Virus record (IMG/VR): IMGVR_UViG_3300020045_002937
Location: 1 to 25,307 of that record
From: a virus
Taxonomy: Duplodnaviria; Caudoviricetes
Length of the DNA: 25,307 nucleotides
Reading direction: 5' to 3' (one strand)
In this document: positions 1 through 7,903 of the stretch, piece by piece
Position numbering within the stretch: the first letter of the stretch is position 1
How the letters are laid out: every line of letters begins with the position of its first letter
The notes under the pieces: model-generated
The model's database searches: none
Told to the model about the DNA's origin: nothing
The model's input: the letters and a program-made list of their open reading frames with translations, nothing else
Made by a program: the position numbers and the translations under genes

Positions 1-148
1 CCAGCGCCACCCATGCGCGGAGCACAAGCAGACGCTTCGTCGAGCTACTATTATACAACAGGTGCTGCGCGCTCGTAGTGAGCGGTGCAATCGCTGGGGC
101 GATGCTGGTGGTCGTTGCAACAGGGCCAGCCTGATTCTGAATAAGCAT
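1..148 (-). CDS. Hypothetical, probably structural protein; N-terminal part only (runs off the left edge)
   Basis: ATG at 148 preceded by AAGGA, just after the stop of 158..1579; open frame MLIQNQAGPVATTTSIAP... to the window edge. Confidence 0.65.
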   Translation of the reverse strand, partial: MLIQNQAGPVATTTSIAPAIAPLTTSAQHLLYNSSSTKRLLVLRAWVAL

Positions 149-157
149 GATATTTCC

Positions 158-1579
158 TTAAGCGTAAAAAAGGTCGCCAACGACTGCACCCGCAGTTGTG
201 GCCGTTGCGTCAGCGTCTGCTGAACCTGTGACGATGGTGTAACCAATACCCGTACCAAAACCGATACCGCCACCGGCCACAGGCATGTTATTGACGCCAC
301 TTGGCGGGATAGCGATTGTCATTACCACGCCAGCCCCTGCGGTCGGTGCGCTGGCTGTGTTATGCAGCTTCACGTACTGGAAAACAGCGGATGTATTGAC
401 GAAACTCCAACCCACAACCCGACCGGCGGCGTTCTTGGTATTCGTGGCGTTCGTTGATGCTGCGGAGACGATATGCTTGATCGTTGCCGCGCCGGTTGCG
501 TTGGCTCTGTACTGGATACCCACGTCACCGATTAGAGCCGTAGCAGCAGAGAGCGCACCAGAAATCGGCTGCGTCGTCGGTGAAGTGACAATCGAATCAG
601 GATTGCCGAACATGATGACCTGAGTAAAGCCAGCGGTCGTTGCTGTGGTCAAAACAAGCCGGAAATACCTTGCGAGTACATTGACCATCCGATAGCCAGA
701 ACCGGCACTCATGGTCGTGCTACCTGCTTGTGCTTCAGAGTTCAGCGTAGCCGTGAACCACAACGTTCCGTCATTGCTCCAAGACGGAGTAATAACGCCA
801 GCCGTGCCTATCGAATACTGAAACGCAATCGAGCCGTATAGAGACACATCCAGCAGCATCAACTGCGTATTAACCGGGATGATCGTGCCGCCGGAATAGT
901 AGCCAATCTGTCTTATCGGCTGGAACGGTGACAGCTTGGTCAGCGACATGTCATCGAGCGAGACATGAAGCGGCATGTTGTTGTTGCGCTCCATCGCCAG
1001 CGATAGCATGTCAGCGCCAGAGATAGCGGTGTGCGTCCTGCCGACAATCGTGCCGGTGATCGAGCCGACGATAGCAACAACGTTATAACGGATGTACTTC
1101 GCCGCAGGACGTACCGAATACACGCCGACTGAATCAATGTTGTCGAGCAATGACACTTCATCACGCGACAGGATCAAGACGTTATCAATCGCGGTCTGAT
1201 CGTTAGATACTTCGGCGTACATCAGGAACTGGCCCGTGCCGCTGATTTGCATTACGAGCGTTGAATAGCCCGTGGTGTCTATCCAAGCACCCGCGCCGAC
1301 AGCGTTGATCGTGCCGCTAAATAGTTGAGTCGCGTCCTTGCTCGATGCCGTGACAGGTACAGATGTAGCCCTTAGCTGCGCGTCGGTCAGACCCTGAACT
1401 AATCCGTTATCGACCTTGAGCGCACCCGCTGCCGTGACTTCGGCACGTCGCCCGCCTTCAGTACCGTCGCCAATGAATACGCCTTCGCGCTCAACGGTTC
1501 CGGCTCCGGTTGTAACCTGTACGGTGTCAAGCTTGATACCAACGCCGGGTGTTACGGGGATGGACGATTCGATAGCCAT
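158..1579 (-). CDS. Beta-rich putative virion structural/decoration protein (473 aa)
   Basis: Long G/T/A/S/V-rich ORF whose start overlaps the portal stop (TAATG); function inferred from composition and position. Confidence 0.6.
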   Translation of the reverse strand: MAIESSIPVTPGVGIKLDTVQVTTGAGTVEREGVFIGDGTEGGRRAEVTAAGALKVDNGLVQGLTDAQLRATSVPVTASSKDATQLFSGTINAVGAGAWIDTTGYSTLVMQISGTGQFLMYAEVSNDQTAIDNVLILSRDEVSLLDNIDSVGVYSVRPAAKYIRYNVVAIVGSITGTIVGRTHTAISGADMLSLAMERNNNMPLHVSLDDMSLTKLSPFQPIRQIGYYSGGTIIPVNTQLMLLDVSLYGSIAFQYSIGTAGVITPSWSNDGTLWFTATLNSEAQAGSTTMSAGSGYRMVNVLARYFRLVLTTATTAGFTQVIMFGNPDSIVTSPTTQPISGALSAATALIGDVGIQYRANATGAATIKHIVSAASTNATNTKNAAGRVVGWSFVNTSAVFQYVKLHNTASAPTAGAGVVMTIAIPPSGVNNMPVAGGGIGFGTGIGYTIVTGSADADATATTAGAVVGDLFYA

Positions 1580-3990
1580 TATTGCACCCCTACCGCACGG
1601 CCATCAGGCCCGCGAACTATCTGCTTCGGTCGGGTCAGTGCTTCCATGAGTTGTCCATGCGATTCCGTTTGAACCTGCATCAAGCCCGCAAGGTTGTTGT
1701 TGATCGCCTCAACCAATCCAGCGAGGGCAGACGTGGGCTGCTCGTTGCCGTCATCGCCCATCTCCGTCAATCCTTCGGATTCCTTACCGGCGTTGATCGT
1801 CATGGCCGAATTCTTGAGCGTTGTCTTGGCGTTAAGCTCGGCTATCAGAACTTTGGTGTTTTCGGTGAACTCAGTCTTCCACCGTTCAAAGTCCTGCTTC
1901 CGCGCCTCAAACTCAGCTTGAATCTGCGCTTTCTGCACGTCGCGTTGTGCTTCGAGTTCCTGCTGATGCGCGTTCTGTTCGGCTTGAACCTGTTGCTCAT
2001 GGGCTTGCAACTGAGCTTCAATCTGTGCCTTACGTTCTTCAGCCTGAAGGTCAGCGGCGAGCTGTCTCTGATGCTGCTGGTCAGCAAGTTGAGCCTTCAT
2101 CTGTTCGACCTGCAACTGAGCGGCGTTCGGATCAGGCGGCGGATTGGGCTGCTTCATGTTCTCAAGCGCATCTTCAACGGCGTTGCCCATCTTCGCCCTG
2201 CGGCAGACCATGAGCACCATTTCCTTGACGGCTTCAATCGGCATAGCACCCGTTTGTACGGCTGGCCCGAAGCCTTCGATGAGCTTCACGACTGCGGTTA
2301 GTACCTCAGTAATCCCCTGCATGTCATCGTCAGCCGTAGCCGCGACGGTCGAATCCGTCTCAATGTCAACCTTGAACGTGCGTTGCTTGTCATCCCTCAT
2401 AACCTGAATGACTTGCTCCCACGTCACCACGTTCGGCGGTTGTGGTTGCGGAGGCGGTTGCTGCGGGGGCTGTCCAGGCTGTGGCGGCTGCATCTGCATC
2501 TGTTGAACTTGCTGCTGCCACTGTTGCATCTGCATGGCGTACTGTTGTTCGACTTCAACCTGACGCGGCAGCTTGATGCCGGTCATCGTCGCCAGCGTCT
2601 CAGGCGCGAAACGCTCGGCAATTACTTCAGCCTGTAGTCTAATCAGGTCACGAATGAACCGTTGCACTTCACGCTGCATCTTCTGGAGTCGCTGCGTACC
2701 CCATTTCGTCTTGATCTTCTGTGCGCCGAATGTCTCGGACGGATCAGACGCGGCCCGCATAATGTCGCTAATGCCGGTCAGTTCATAGATGATCTGTTTG
2801 CATTCGTTGCGCTGCTCACGGAGAACGATTAAGACTTGCGCGGCCTGTTGAATCGGGATAAACCATATCGCCTTTTCCAGTCCGCCACGTTCTAACAAGG
2901 CGGTGACGTTCTGCGCCGGGATAAGGTCGTTATCCTGCCCCTTCATCAACTCGGACAGTTCGGTCAAGGTCGCGTCGTAGATGCCTCTGAGCTTCAAGCC
3001 TTCAACGAGCTTGTTAATACGTGTGCTTACGCGGTCGAGTTCTTCAGCTTGCTCAAGGTAATAGTTGAACAAGGGCTTCGGAACGAGGCTTGCTGAGTCA
3101 TTAACCGCATAGATAGGCCGAGGTATCGGATAGAAGCCCTGAAGCCCTAGCGGGTCAGGCAGCGTCTTTAACGGCCCTTCCTTGTAGCCACTGGTAACAA
3201 ATATAACCTCTTGTTCTTCCTTGTCCCAAATCTCCCACGCTTCGCAGGTCTGGAATGACTTGGCTAGGGTTTCGTCGCGTTCCTTCTGGATCTCGTCATC
3301 GTCGGTCGAGTCGAGCTTGACCTGATCGCCAATCTCATCGCCAAACTTCTCGCACAGTTCTTCACGTGTGAATCTGTGACGGAAGCCGATAGCTGTAACC
3401 TCGCCCCACGTCTTGGCGGGACAAAGAATGCGGAAGTCATCCCACTGGACATGCTCAATCGGAGCCCGTTCCCACTCGACCTCTTCGGATTCGCCCTCTA
3501 ACGCCTCACCACCGTCTGTATGGACTTCGTTCTCTTCCTTGTGCGTCTCTTCAGTCACGCCAACCTGTGCCAGCGTAGGAACATAGCGCACACGCGCCAC
3601 ACCGCGTCCAGGAAGCAGGAAGTCAAGCACAACGCTCTGAATGTCGCCCTCAAAGTCGGTCGTGTCCATGCCGTATTCGAGCGAACGGCTCAAGACTTCA
3701 GAGACGGCCTTGCCTACAGGGTCAGTATCCTTGAACCGTCGACGGACATCGGGCTTCGGCAGCGAGTTATAGACAGATTCAAGCAGCGTGTCAGTGTTGG
3801 GATAGAGGATGTTAAAACTGTGCTTCTTCGCATCCTTCTGGCGGTACTTGTCCCATACCTTCTCAGCCTTCTTGCGCCAATCCGACTCTCGCTTATCGGC
3901 TAACTTGAGTTCAAGCAGCCAGCGACGGACGACGCCCGCCCCGTCCTTCTCTATATCTTCAGGACGTTCGAGGTTATCAACGTCAGACAC
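1579..3990 (-). CDS. Portal protein, podovirus type with long Q/P-rich coiled-coil C-terminus (803 aa)
   Basis: Size, position two genes after terL, mostly helical core, and Q/E/A-rich C-terminal heptads resembling P22-like portal barrels. Confidence 0.8.
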   Translation of the reverse strand: MSDVDNLERPEDIEKDGAGVVRRWLLELKLADKRESDWRKKAEKVWDKYRQKDAKKHSFNILYPNTDTLLESVYNSLPKPDVRRRFKDTDPVGKAVSEVLSRSLEYGMDTTDFEGDIQSVVLDFLLPGRGVARVRYVPTLAQVGVTEETHKEENEVHTDGGEALEGESEEVEWERAPIEHVQWDDFRILCPAKTWGEVTAIGFRHRFTREELCEKFGDEIGDQVKLDSTDDDEIQKERDETLAKSFQTCEAWEIWDKEEQEVIFVTSGYKEGPLKTLPDPLGLQGFYPIPRPIYAVNDSASLVPKPLFNYYLEQAEELDRVSTRINKLVEGLKLRGIYDATLTELSELMKGQDNDLIPAQNVTALLERGGLEKAIWFIPIQQAAQVLIVLREQRNECKQIIYELTGISDIMRAASDPSETFGAQKIKTKWGTQRLQKMQREVQRFIRDLIRLQAEVIAERFAPETLATMTGIKLPRQVEVEQQYAMQMQQWQQQVQQMQMQPPQPGQPPQQPPPQPQPPNVVTWEQVIQVMRDDKQRTFKVDIETDSTVAATADDDMQGITEVLTAVVKLIEGFGPAVQTGAMPIEAVKEMVLMVCRRAKMGNAVEDALENMKQPNPPPDPNAAQLQVEQMKAQLADQQHQRQLAADLQAEERKAQIEAQLQAHEQQVQAEQNAHQQELEAQRDVQKAQIQAEFEARKQDFERWKTEFTENTKVLIAELNAKTTLKNSAMTINAGKESEGLTEMGDDGNEQPTSALAGLVEAINNNLAGLMQVQTESHGQLMEALTRPKQIVRGPDGRAVGVQ

Positions 3991-4504
3991 TGACGATTAC
4001 TCCCGAATTGAGGGGCTTGTAACGAAGGTAATGCTTCCACGTTCCCGTAGTTGAGCCGACCCCGATAACAAGTTTGAGCGTACCGGCATTAACGATGATT
4101 TTGTTCTGAGCTACCAGACCAAGCTGCACACCACCAGCCGCCGCCAATGAGATTGTCGGAGCCGTTGTTAGCGCAGTCGGCGTGAGGATGAGCGTCGCCC
4201 CGGCAGCGATAGAGGCAAGCGTAGATGTAGCGCCAGATATGGTCTGCGCCGATCCAACCGTCGGGACAGACTGCCATTGCATTGTCGATGCCGTGGCGTT
4301 ATTAGCAGAGATACACTCGGAATGCAACGACCAAATCTGTATTGGCCCGCCAGCGATGGTGAATACAATGTCACCGTTGACCATGACCTTAGCGTCAGAG
4401 CTAATCGGCTGCTCGTCAGCATCGCCAGCAAGTCGAGCGCCGGAACGGTTGTACCACGTACCGTTCACAAACATATCATTGGGGCTTGTTCCTAGCGGCA
4501 TCAT
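3983..4504 (-). CDS. Hypothetical beta-rich protein between terL and portal (173 aa)
   Basis: Start overlaps the terL stop (ATGA); end overlaps the portal start by 8 bp. Confidence 0.7.
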   Translation of the reverse strand: MMPLGTSPNDMFVNGTWYNRSGARLAGDADEQPISSDAKVMVNGDIVFTIAGGPIQIWSLHSECISANNATASTMQWQSVPTVGSAQTISGATSTLASIAAGATLILTPTALTTAPTISLAAAGGVQLGLVAQNKIIVNAGTLKLVIGVGSTTGTWKHYLRYKPLNSGVIVSV

Positions 4505-5886
4505 TCTTCCTTTGCTCTGCGGTGAGCTTTCACCAGTTCATCGAATGTCTGTAACTGCGGGAACCTTGGCTGAATGTCCTTTGGTATAGGCTTCTGCCAC
4601 GGTCGAGACATACACGCATAGCGCCAATCATCGGCGGCGTGGTCTTCCATTTCGGTGTCAATGTCTTCAGGGTGTAACTCGTCGTGTTGCATCAGCGGTA
4701 TGGTTCTGATGCTGTCCACGCACGTACTAAAGCAGTAAATCATCGGGGAATCGTCGCCAACGAACCGCTGGCGCATCTGATCCCACCCGTTAATCCGCTG
4801 GTTGTCTGCTCGTCTCCACAGAACACCATGCTTTAGCATCCGTTCTGCTATTGACGGCCCGCCATCCACCTTCCAGCAGCTAGGGTCAGCCACCGAGTAC
4901 GCAAACCGTTCACCGTTATCGCGCTTCACGATTCCGACAGCCACTTCATCAGCCGATAACTTCAAGCCAATATTGGGTTCGCTCGCTCCGTACCATTCCC
5001 TGTATCGGATGATTGCCCCGCGAGGATGATCTGTCTCGCCGTTGGCAATAGCCCACCAACCAACAGAGAACGGCCTAGCAGAACCCCAATCGAACGACCT
5101 GAACCGTGACCATGCGTCAGGTATCGTGAAGGGCCGGATAACGTGCTTATCCCGTTGCCAGCAGTCAAAGAATGCCCCGGCGATTACATCCCAATCACCG
5201 TCTAGCCATGCCTTGACCAACTCAACCGAGCCGGACGACTTCAACAGGCTGATGTATTGCTTGTTGTCTTTCAGATACTTGTTATCGGTAATCTTTGACG
5301 GTATGAAAACACGCGTAAGCCCTGTGTCTTTGTCCGTATAGGGCATGTAAGGCGGCGCTACGTCGATAAACCGCGCCTTCACCCATATGTGCCCTTTGCC
5401 GCCAGGGTTCCCGCCCGACCTGATGCGCCCCTGTATTCCTGCCGAGTTACGCAGACACCCTTTTAGCTTGTTGTAGCCATAGGGCGTTGCGTGATTCGTT
5501 AGCTCATCAAAGCCAATCCAGGTATATTGATGCCCCTGATACCCGTCTGCGTCTCGCTCATGTTCAAGATAGCGCATCTTGAGCGTCGAACCGCTTGGAA
5601 AGTACCAGCAGTTACTAAACGGAAACTCTGCGCTTGGCTGTGCTTTGAACGCGCCACCATAATCGGGGAACAACTCACGCGCCCTGATTTGTAGTTCTTC
5701 CAGCTCGTTGTACGTCTTGCGGAACAGGATGCCGCGCCACGCAGCGCCTAGATTGATCCCCTCAAGATAATCACCCAAGAGGTAATCAGACTTCCCACCA
5801 CCTCGCGCACCACCAAAGAACAGTTCGTCAATGAACTTGGCGGTTATTGCGCTACTCTGCGGCCCCGCTTGTGGTTCCCAAGCCAT
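4501..5886 (-). CDS. terL: Terminase large subunit
   Basis: Walker A GGARGGGKS, Walker B IGFDE, NPGG coupling region, nuclease motifs FDWG and EDHAADDWRY. Confidence 0.95.
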   Translation of the reverse strand: MAWEPQAGPQSSAITAKFIDELFFGGARGGGKSDYLLGDYLEGINLGAAWRGILFRKTYNELEELQIRARELFPDYGGAFKAQPSAEFPFSNCWYFPSGSTLKMRYLEHERDADGYQGHQYTWIGFDELTNHATPYGYNKLKGCLRNSAGIQGRIRSGGNPGGKGHIWVKARFIDVAPPYMPYTDKDTGLTRVFIPSKITDNKYLKDNKQYISLLKSSGSVELVKAWLDGDWDVIAGAFFDCWQRDKHVIRPFTIPDAWSRFRSFDWGSARPFSVGWWAIANGETDHPRGAIIRYREWYGASEPNIGLKLSADEVAVGIVKRDNGERFAYSVADPSCWKVDGGPSIAERMLKHGVLWRRADNQRINGWDQMRQRFVGDDSPMIYCFSTCVDSIRTIPLMQHDELHPEDIDTEMEDHAADDWRYACMSRPWQKPIPKDIQPRFPQLQTFDELVKAHRRAKEE

Positions 5887-6151
5887 GCGAGGCCATCCAT
5901 TCGTCTTTGGTTAAGTCAGGCACTACAACGTGAGCGTGATTCACCGTCCCTGAGTGTTCTGTTTTCTTGTCTATCTCAGTCGGGGCATTACTCACTACCT
6001 TGTTGAGCAGGAACTTTGCCGCGTCGATTCGGGTCTGATTTACCTCGCCACCGTTAAGTGCATGATTTTGTACGAAGTTTATTAACTGACTGGCCTGTAT
6101 CTTTGCCTTTACATCTTCCTGGTGATGCGGCCTCAATCTCTTAGCCATCAC
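5852..6151 (-). CDS. terS: Terminase small subunit (putative); ATG at 6148 is an alternative start
   Basis: 99-aa helical ORF directly upstream of and overlapping terL; C-terminal KTEHSG motif common in terS. Confidence 0.65.
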   Translation of the reverse strand: MMAKRLRPHHQEDVKAKIQASQLINFVQNHALNGGEVNQTRIDAAKFLLNKVVSNAPTEIDKKTEHSGTVNHAHVVVPDLTKDEWMASHGLGTTSGAAE

Positions 6152-6315
6152 TCCACCCCGAAATCCGGCTGACGCTCCAGCAAGTCTATGCGCTGGTTCA
6201 GCAGATCAATCGTCTCAATGAGGATGCGCACGGCCTCGAATAGCTTGTCCATCTCAGTCTTTGGCTTGCATGTGCAAGGCTTTAGCAAGTCCTCTATGAT
6301 CTTGGCGCGTCTCAT
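6148..6315 (-). CDS. Small hypothetical protein (55 aa, MRRAKIIEDLLKPCTCKPKTEMDKLFEAVRILIETIDLLNQRIDLLERQPDFGVE)
   Basis: Hand translation, below the ORF-track cutoff; GGAG upstream; stop coupled to terS ATG (TGATG). Confidence 0.6.
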   Translation of the reverse strand: MRRAKIIEDLLKPCTCKPKTEMDKLFEAVRILIETIDLLNQRIDLLERQPDFGVE

Positions 6316-6353
6316 GGGTCATCTCCGAGGGGTAGCCCTTGGTTGATAGATAT

Positions 6354-6395
6354 AAAAAAGCCCGCCGGTCGCGAAGTCGCAACCCTAAAGCGGGC
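6354..6395 (-). terminator. Intrinsic terminator closing the structured leader
   Basis: Minus strand GCCCGC...GCGGGC stem with inner hairpin GCGACTTCGC, followed by T6. Confidence 0.7.
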
Positions 6396-6427
6396 AAACT
6401 CTGCTTGTGGCAGAGAGGAGGGAGAAC

Positions 6428-6553
6428 TATTGGTGGCCGGTGCTGATCTCCGGCTTTCTACTCGCTGTTTCGTCCGCTGCTTGCTCGGTACAGAACGGCA
6501 GTTGCGGCCCGCCTTCCTCCGTTCTTGCGTATCAGCCTACGCATTCACCAATA
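6428..6553 (-). ncRNA. tRNA-like structured RNA module (not a canonical tRNA)
   Basis: Closing stem TATTGGTG/CACCAATA; D-like hairpin GCGTA-GGCTGA-TACGC; inner stem AGAACGG/CCGTTCT; T-like hairpin GCCGG-AGATCAGCA-CCGGC followed by CACCA. Confidence 0.6.
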
Positions 6554-6680
6554 CGGCTGGCGACTCACTAGACTGCGCAATCTAGCCCGTTCGGGTTTCC
6601 AATGGCCCGACATCGATGTGCTGGTTCCGTTTCCGGCTTGTCAGTCATCCGTGTAGTAACAGTTGAATCGCCATGCGTAT
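6551..6680 (-). ncRNA. Long-stem structured RNA module
   Basis: ATACGCATGGCGATT (6680-6666) pairs with AGTCGCCAGCCGTAT (6565-6551) with one 2x2 internal loop, enclosing ~100 nt that contains smaller hairpins. Confidence 0.55.
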
Positions 6681-6862
6681 TAGTGCCGGTTACGACTCCG
6701 GCTACAGCGTTTCGGCCTGTACGCGAGATCCCTAACCCGATTGGGCGCGGTTCGTCATCCGCTTGGCTCCACCTCTTTGCGATTGACGAGTCAGGGTGGA
6801 CATTGCTCCAATTAGCCGACCACGGCCCCGGTTACGTTGCGAGTCGGGTTTGCGCCGTGGTC
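6678..6862 (-). ncRNA. Multi-hairpin RNA module ending in a second T-arm-like hairpin
   Basis: Stems GACCACGGC/GCCGTGGTC (6818-6862), TCCACC/GGTGGA (6768-6800), GCGG-ATGACGAA-CCGC (6747-6762), TACAG/CTGTA (6703-6721), GCCGG-AGTCGTAA-CCGGC (6685-6702). Confidence 0.5.
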
Positions 6863-6902
6863 TAAAATTGGTCTGTTATCGTGCTGTTTCCGGCTTAATA
6901 GG

Positions 6903-7103
6903 CTAATTCTGGTCGAGTGCGTCGTAGTCGACTGCCGTGTGGTAACAACCGCAAGCCAGTCCATACTTTTCCTGCTTGCAGGTGCAGTCTGCCGGTAGCT
7001 CTTCTTCACGCTCGACAAAGGGAACCATGTTCGCCGGGTCGAAGCGTCCAACGTTAAAACGGAATCCGCGCCAACCCGGTTGCAGGATTTTGTCGTGTTC
7101 CAT
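6903..7103 (-). CDS. Small hypothetical Cys-containing protein (66 aa from ATG 7103)
   Basis: 3' part of track ORF 6903..7220; the upstream part overlaps the promoter and terminator, so the start was moved to MEHDK; weak RBS. Confidence 0.4.
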   Translation of the reverse strand: MEHDKILQPGWRGFRFNVGRFDPANMVPFVEREEELPADCTCKQEKYGLACGCYHTAVDYDALDQN

Positions 7104-7125
7104 TGGCGTACTTTCGAGTGGACGC

Positions 7126-7155
7126 AAAAAAGCCGCCGATATTTCTAAGGGCGGC
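7126..7155 (-). terminator. tR'-like intrinsic terminator just downstream of the late promoter
   Basis: Minus strand GCCGCC-12nt-GGCGGC followed by T6. Confidence 0.75.
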
Positions 7156-7191
7156 CAATCGGTAGAGACAACTCTCCCCACCACATTCATT

Positions 7192-7220
7192 AAGCTACTC
7201 TCATTTAGGATATATGTCAA
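7192..7220 (-). promoter_or_regulatory. pR'-like sigma70 late promoter
   Basis: TTGACA (7220-7215), 17-bp spacer, TAGCTT (7197-7192); overlaps the stop of the Q-like gene, the expected lambdoid position. Confidence 0.65.
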
Positions 7221-7489
7221 TACATCACTCCTTTCCGCTGAAAAGAGTGCAGCAGTTCAACGTGAGCCAGTGCCAGCGCATTCTCGTAATCGCGTAACTC
7301 ACACCGAAGTTGCAGGTACTTGTGCAGGATTGCCGACTTCTGTATTTCGGGAAGGTCATCGACACAGGTATCGACTATCCGGCATCGCTCCAAGTCTGCG
7401 GTTCGGCACATCTCGTCGAAAGTGCTTGAGACATAGCCCGACTGAAACCCTGCCGAACTGGATGGATACCCTAGCCTGTTGCTTCTTCC
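7217..7489 (-). pseudogene. Q-like late antiterminator/regulator, 5'-truncated
   Basis: Frame reads GRSNRLGYPSSSAGFQSGYVSSTFDEMCRTADLERCRIVDTCVDDLPEIQKSAILHKYL...; upstream it runs into the inverted ninB copy and hits TGA without a start; sits directly before promoter+terminator. Confidence 0.6.
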
Positions 7490-7620
7490 GCGATGCCCAT
7501 TTCACTCGTGCCGTGAATCTTGTTCATCACCACATAGCCTCCATCAGCGTCCGGCACGATTTCCTGACCGCCGAACTTGGCTACGAAGTAATTACGCCAC
7601 CAGGCTTCGGAATGCTTGAC
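7490..7620 (-). repeat. 131-bp inverted copy of ninB internal segment 8092-8222
   Basis: Base-by-base comparison gives 130/131 identity; single synonymous GAC/GAT difference (8169 vs 7543). Confidence 0.95.
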
Positions 7621-7903
7621 GCATCGAACAATATTCGAGTGATTGCCGGGTACGAGTCAAGTCTTTACAAGTTTGCTAGGGCGCTGCTTAAACACGGGGC
7701 GCAGCTTGGCGACTGCTCGGCGGTGAGTGAGATAGCCGCATGAGCCTCACAGAATTTATCCGCGACCTGACCGCGCTGAGTCGCTGCTATTCGACTTGGT
7801 AGCCGAGTTCAAGAGTAAGGCTGACGTGTATTGCATCAAGACGCGCTGGAACAAGCCTTACAGGGCGGCGAAGGAATACTTTAGCGAAAGGGGCGGGAAG
7901 TGA
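7621..7903 (+). pseudogene. Gene remnants: a 3' fragment ending at 7743 and a frameshifted or fused small gene 7740-7903
   Basis: ...SEIAA* overlaps ATG 7740 (ATGA); that frame stops at 7802, while another frame (RAESLLFDLVAEFKSK...GGK*) ends at 7903 overlapping the ninB GTG. Confidence 0.45.

Noticed and set aside
1582-2301. 239-aa antisense ORF in the portal and similar shadow ORFs (e.g. 24584..25150)
   Set aside because: Opposite to well-supported genes, with no recognisable motifs
2437-2550. Q/P low-complexity tract in the portal as an insertion or intein
   Set aside because: No intein motifs; consistent with a flexible linker
6428-6553. Canonical tRNA gene
   Set aside because: No UUCRA T-loop, no 7-nt anticodon loop, and the central region is too long
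6455-6760. Hammerhead ribozyme, suggested by GGACGAAAC and GGCCGAAAC on the minus strand
   Set aside because: No properly placed CUGANGA core or matching stem II
6976-7743. 255-aa plus-strand ORF
   Set aside because: Crosses the late promoter, the antisense of the Q-like gene and the inverted ninB copy; only the part after 7620 may be a real gene remnant
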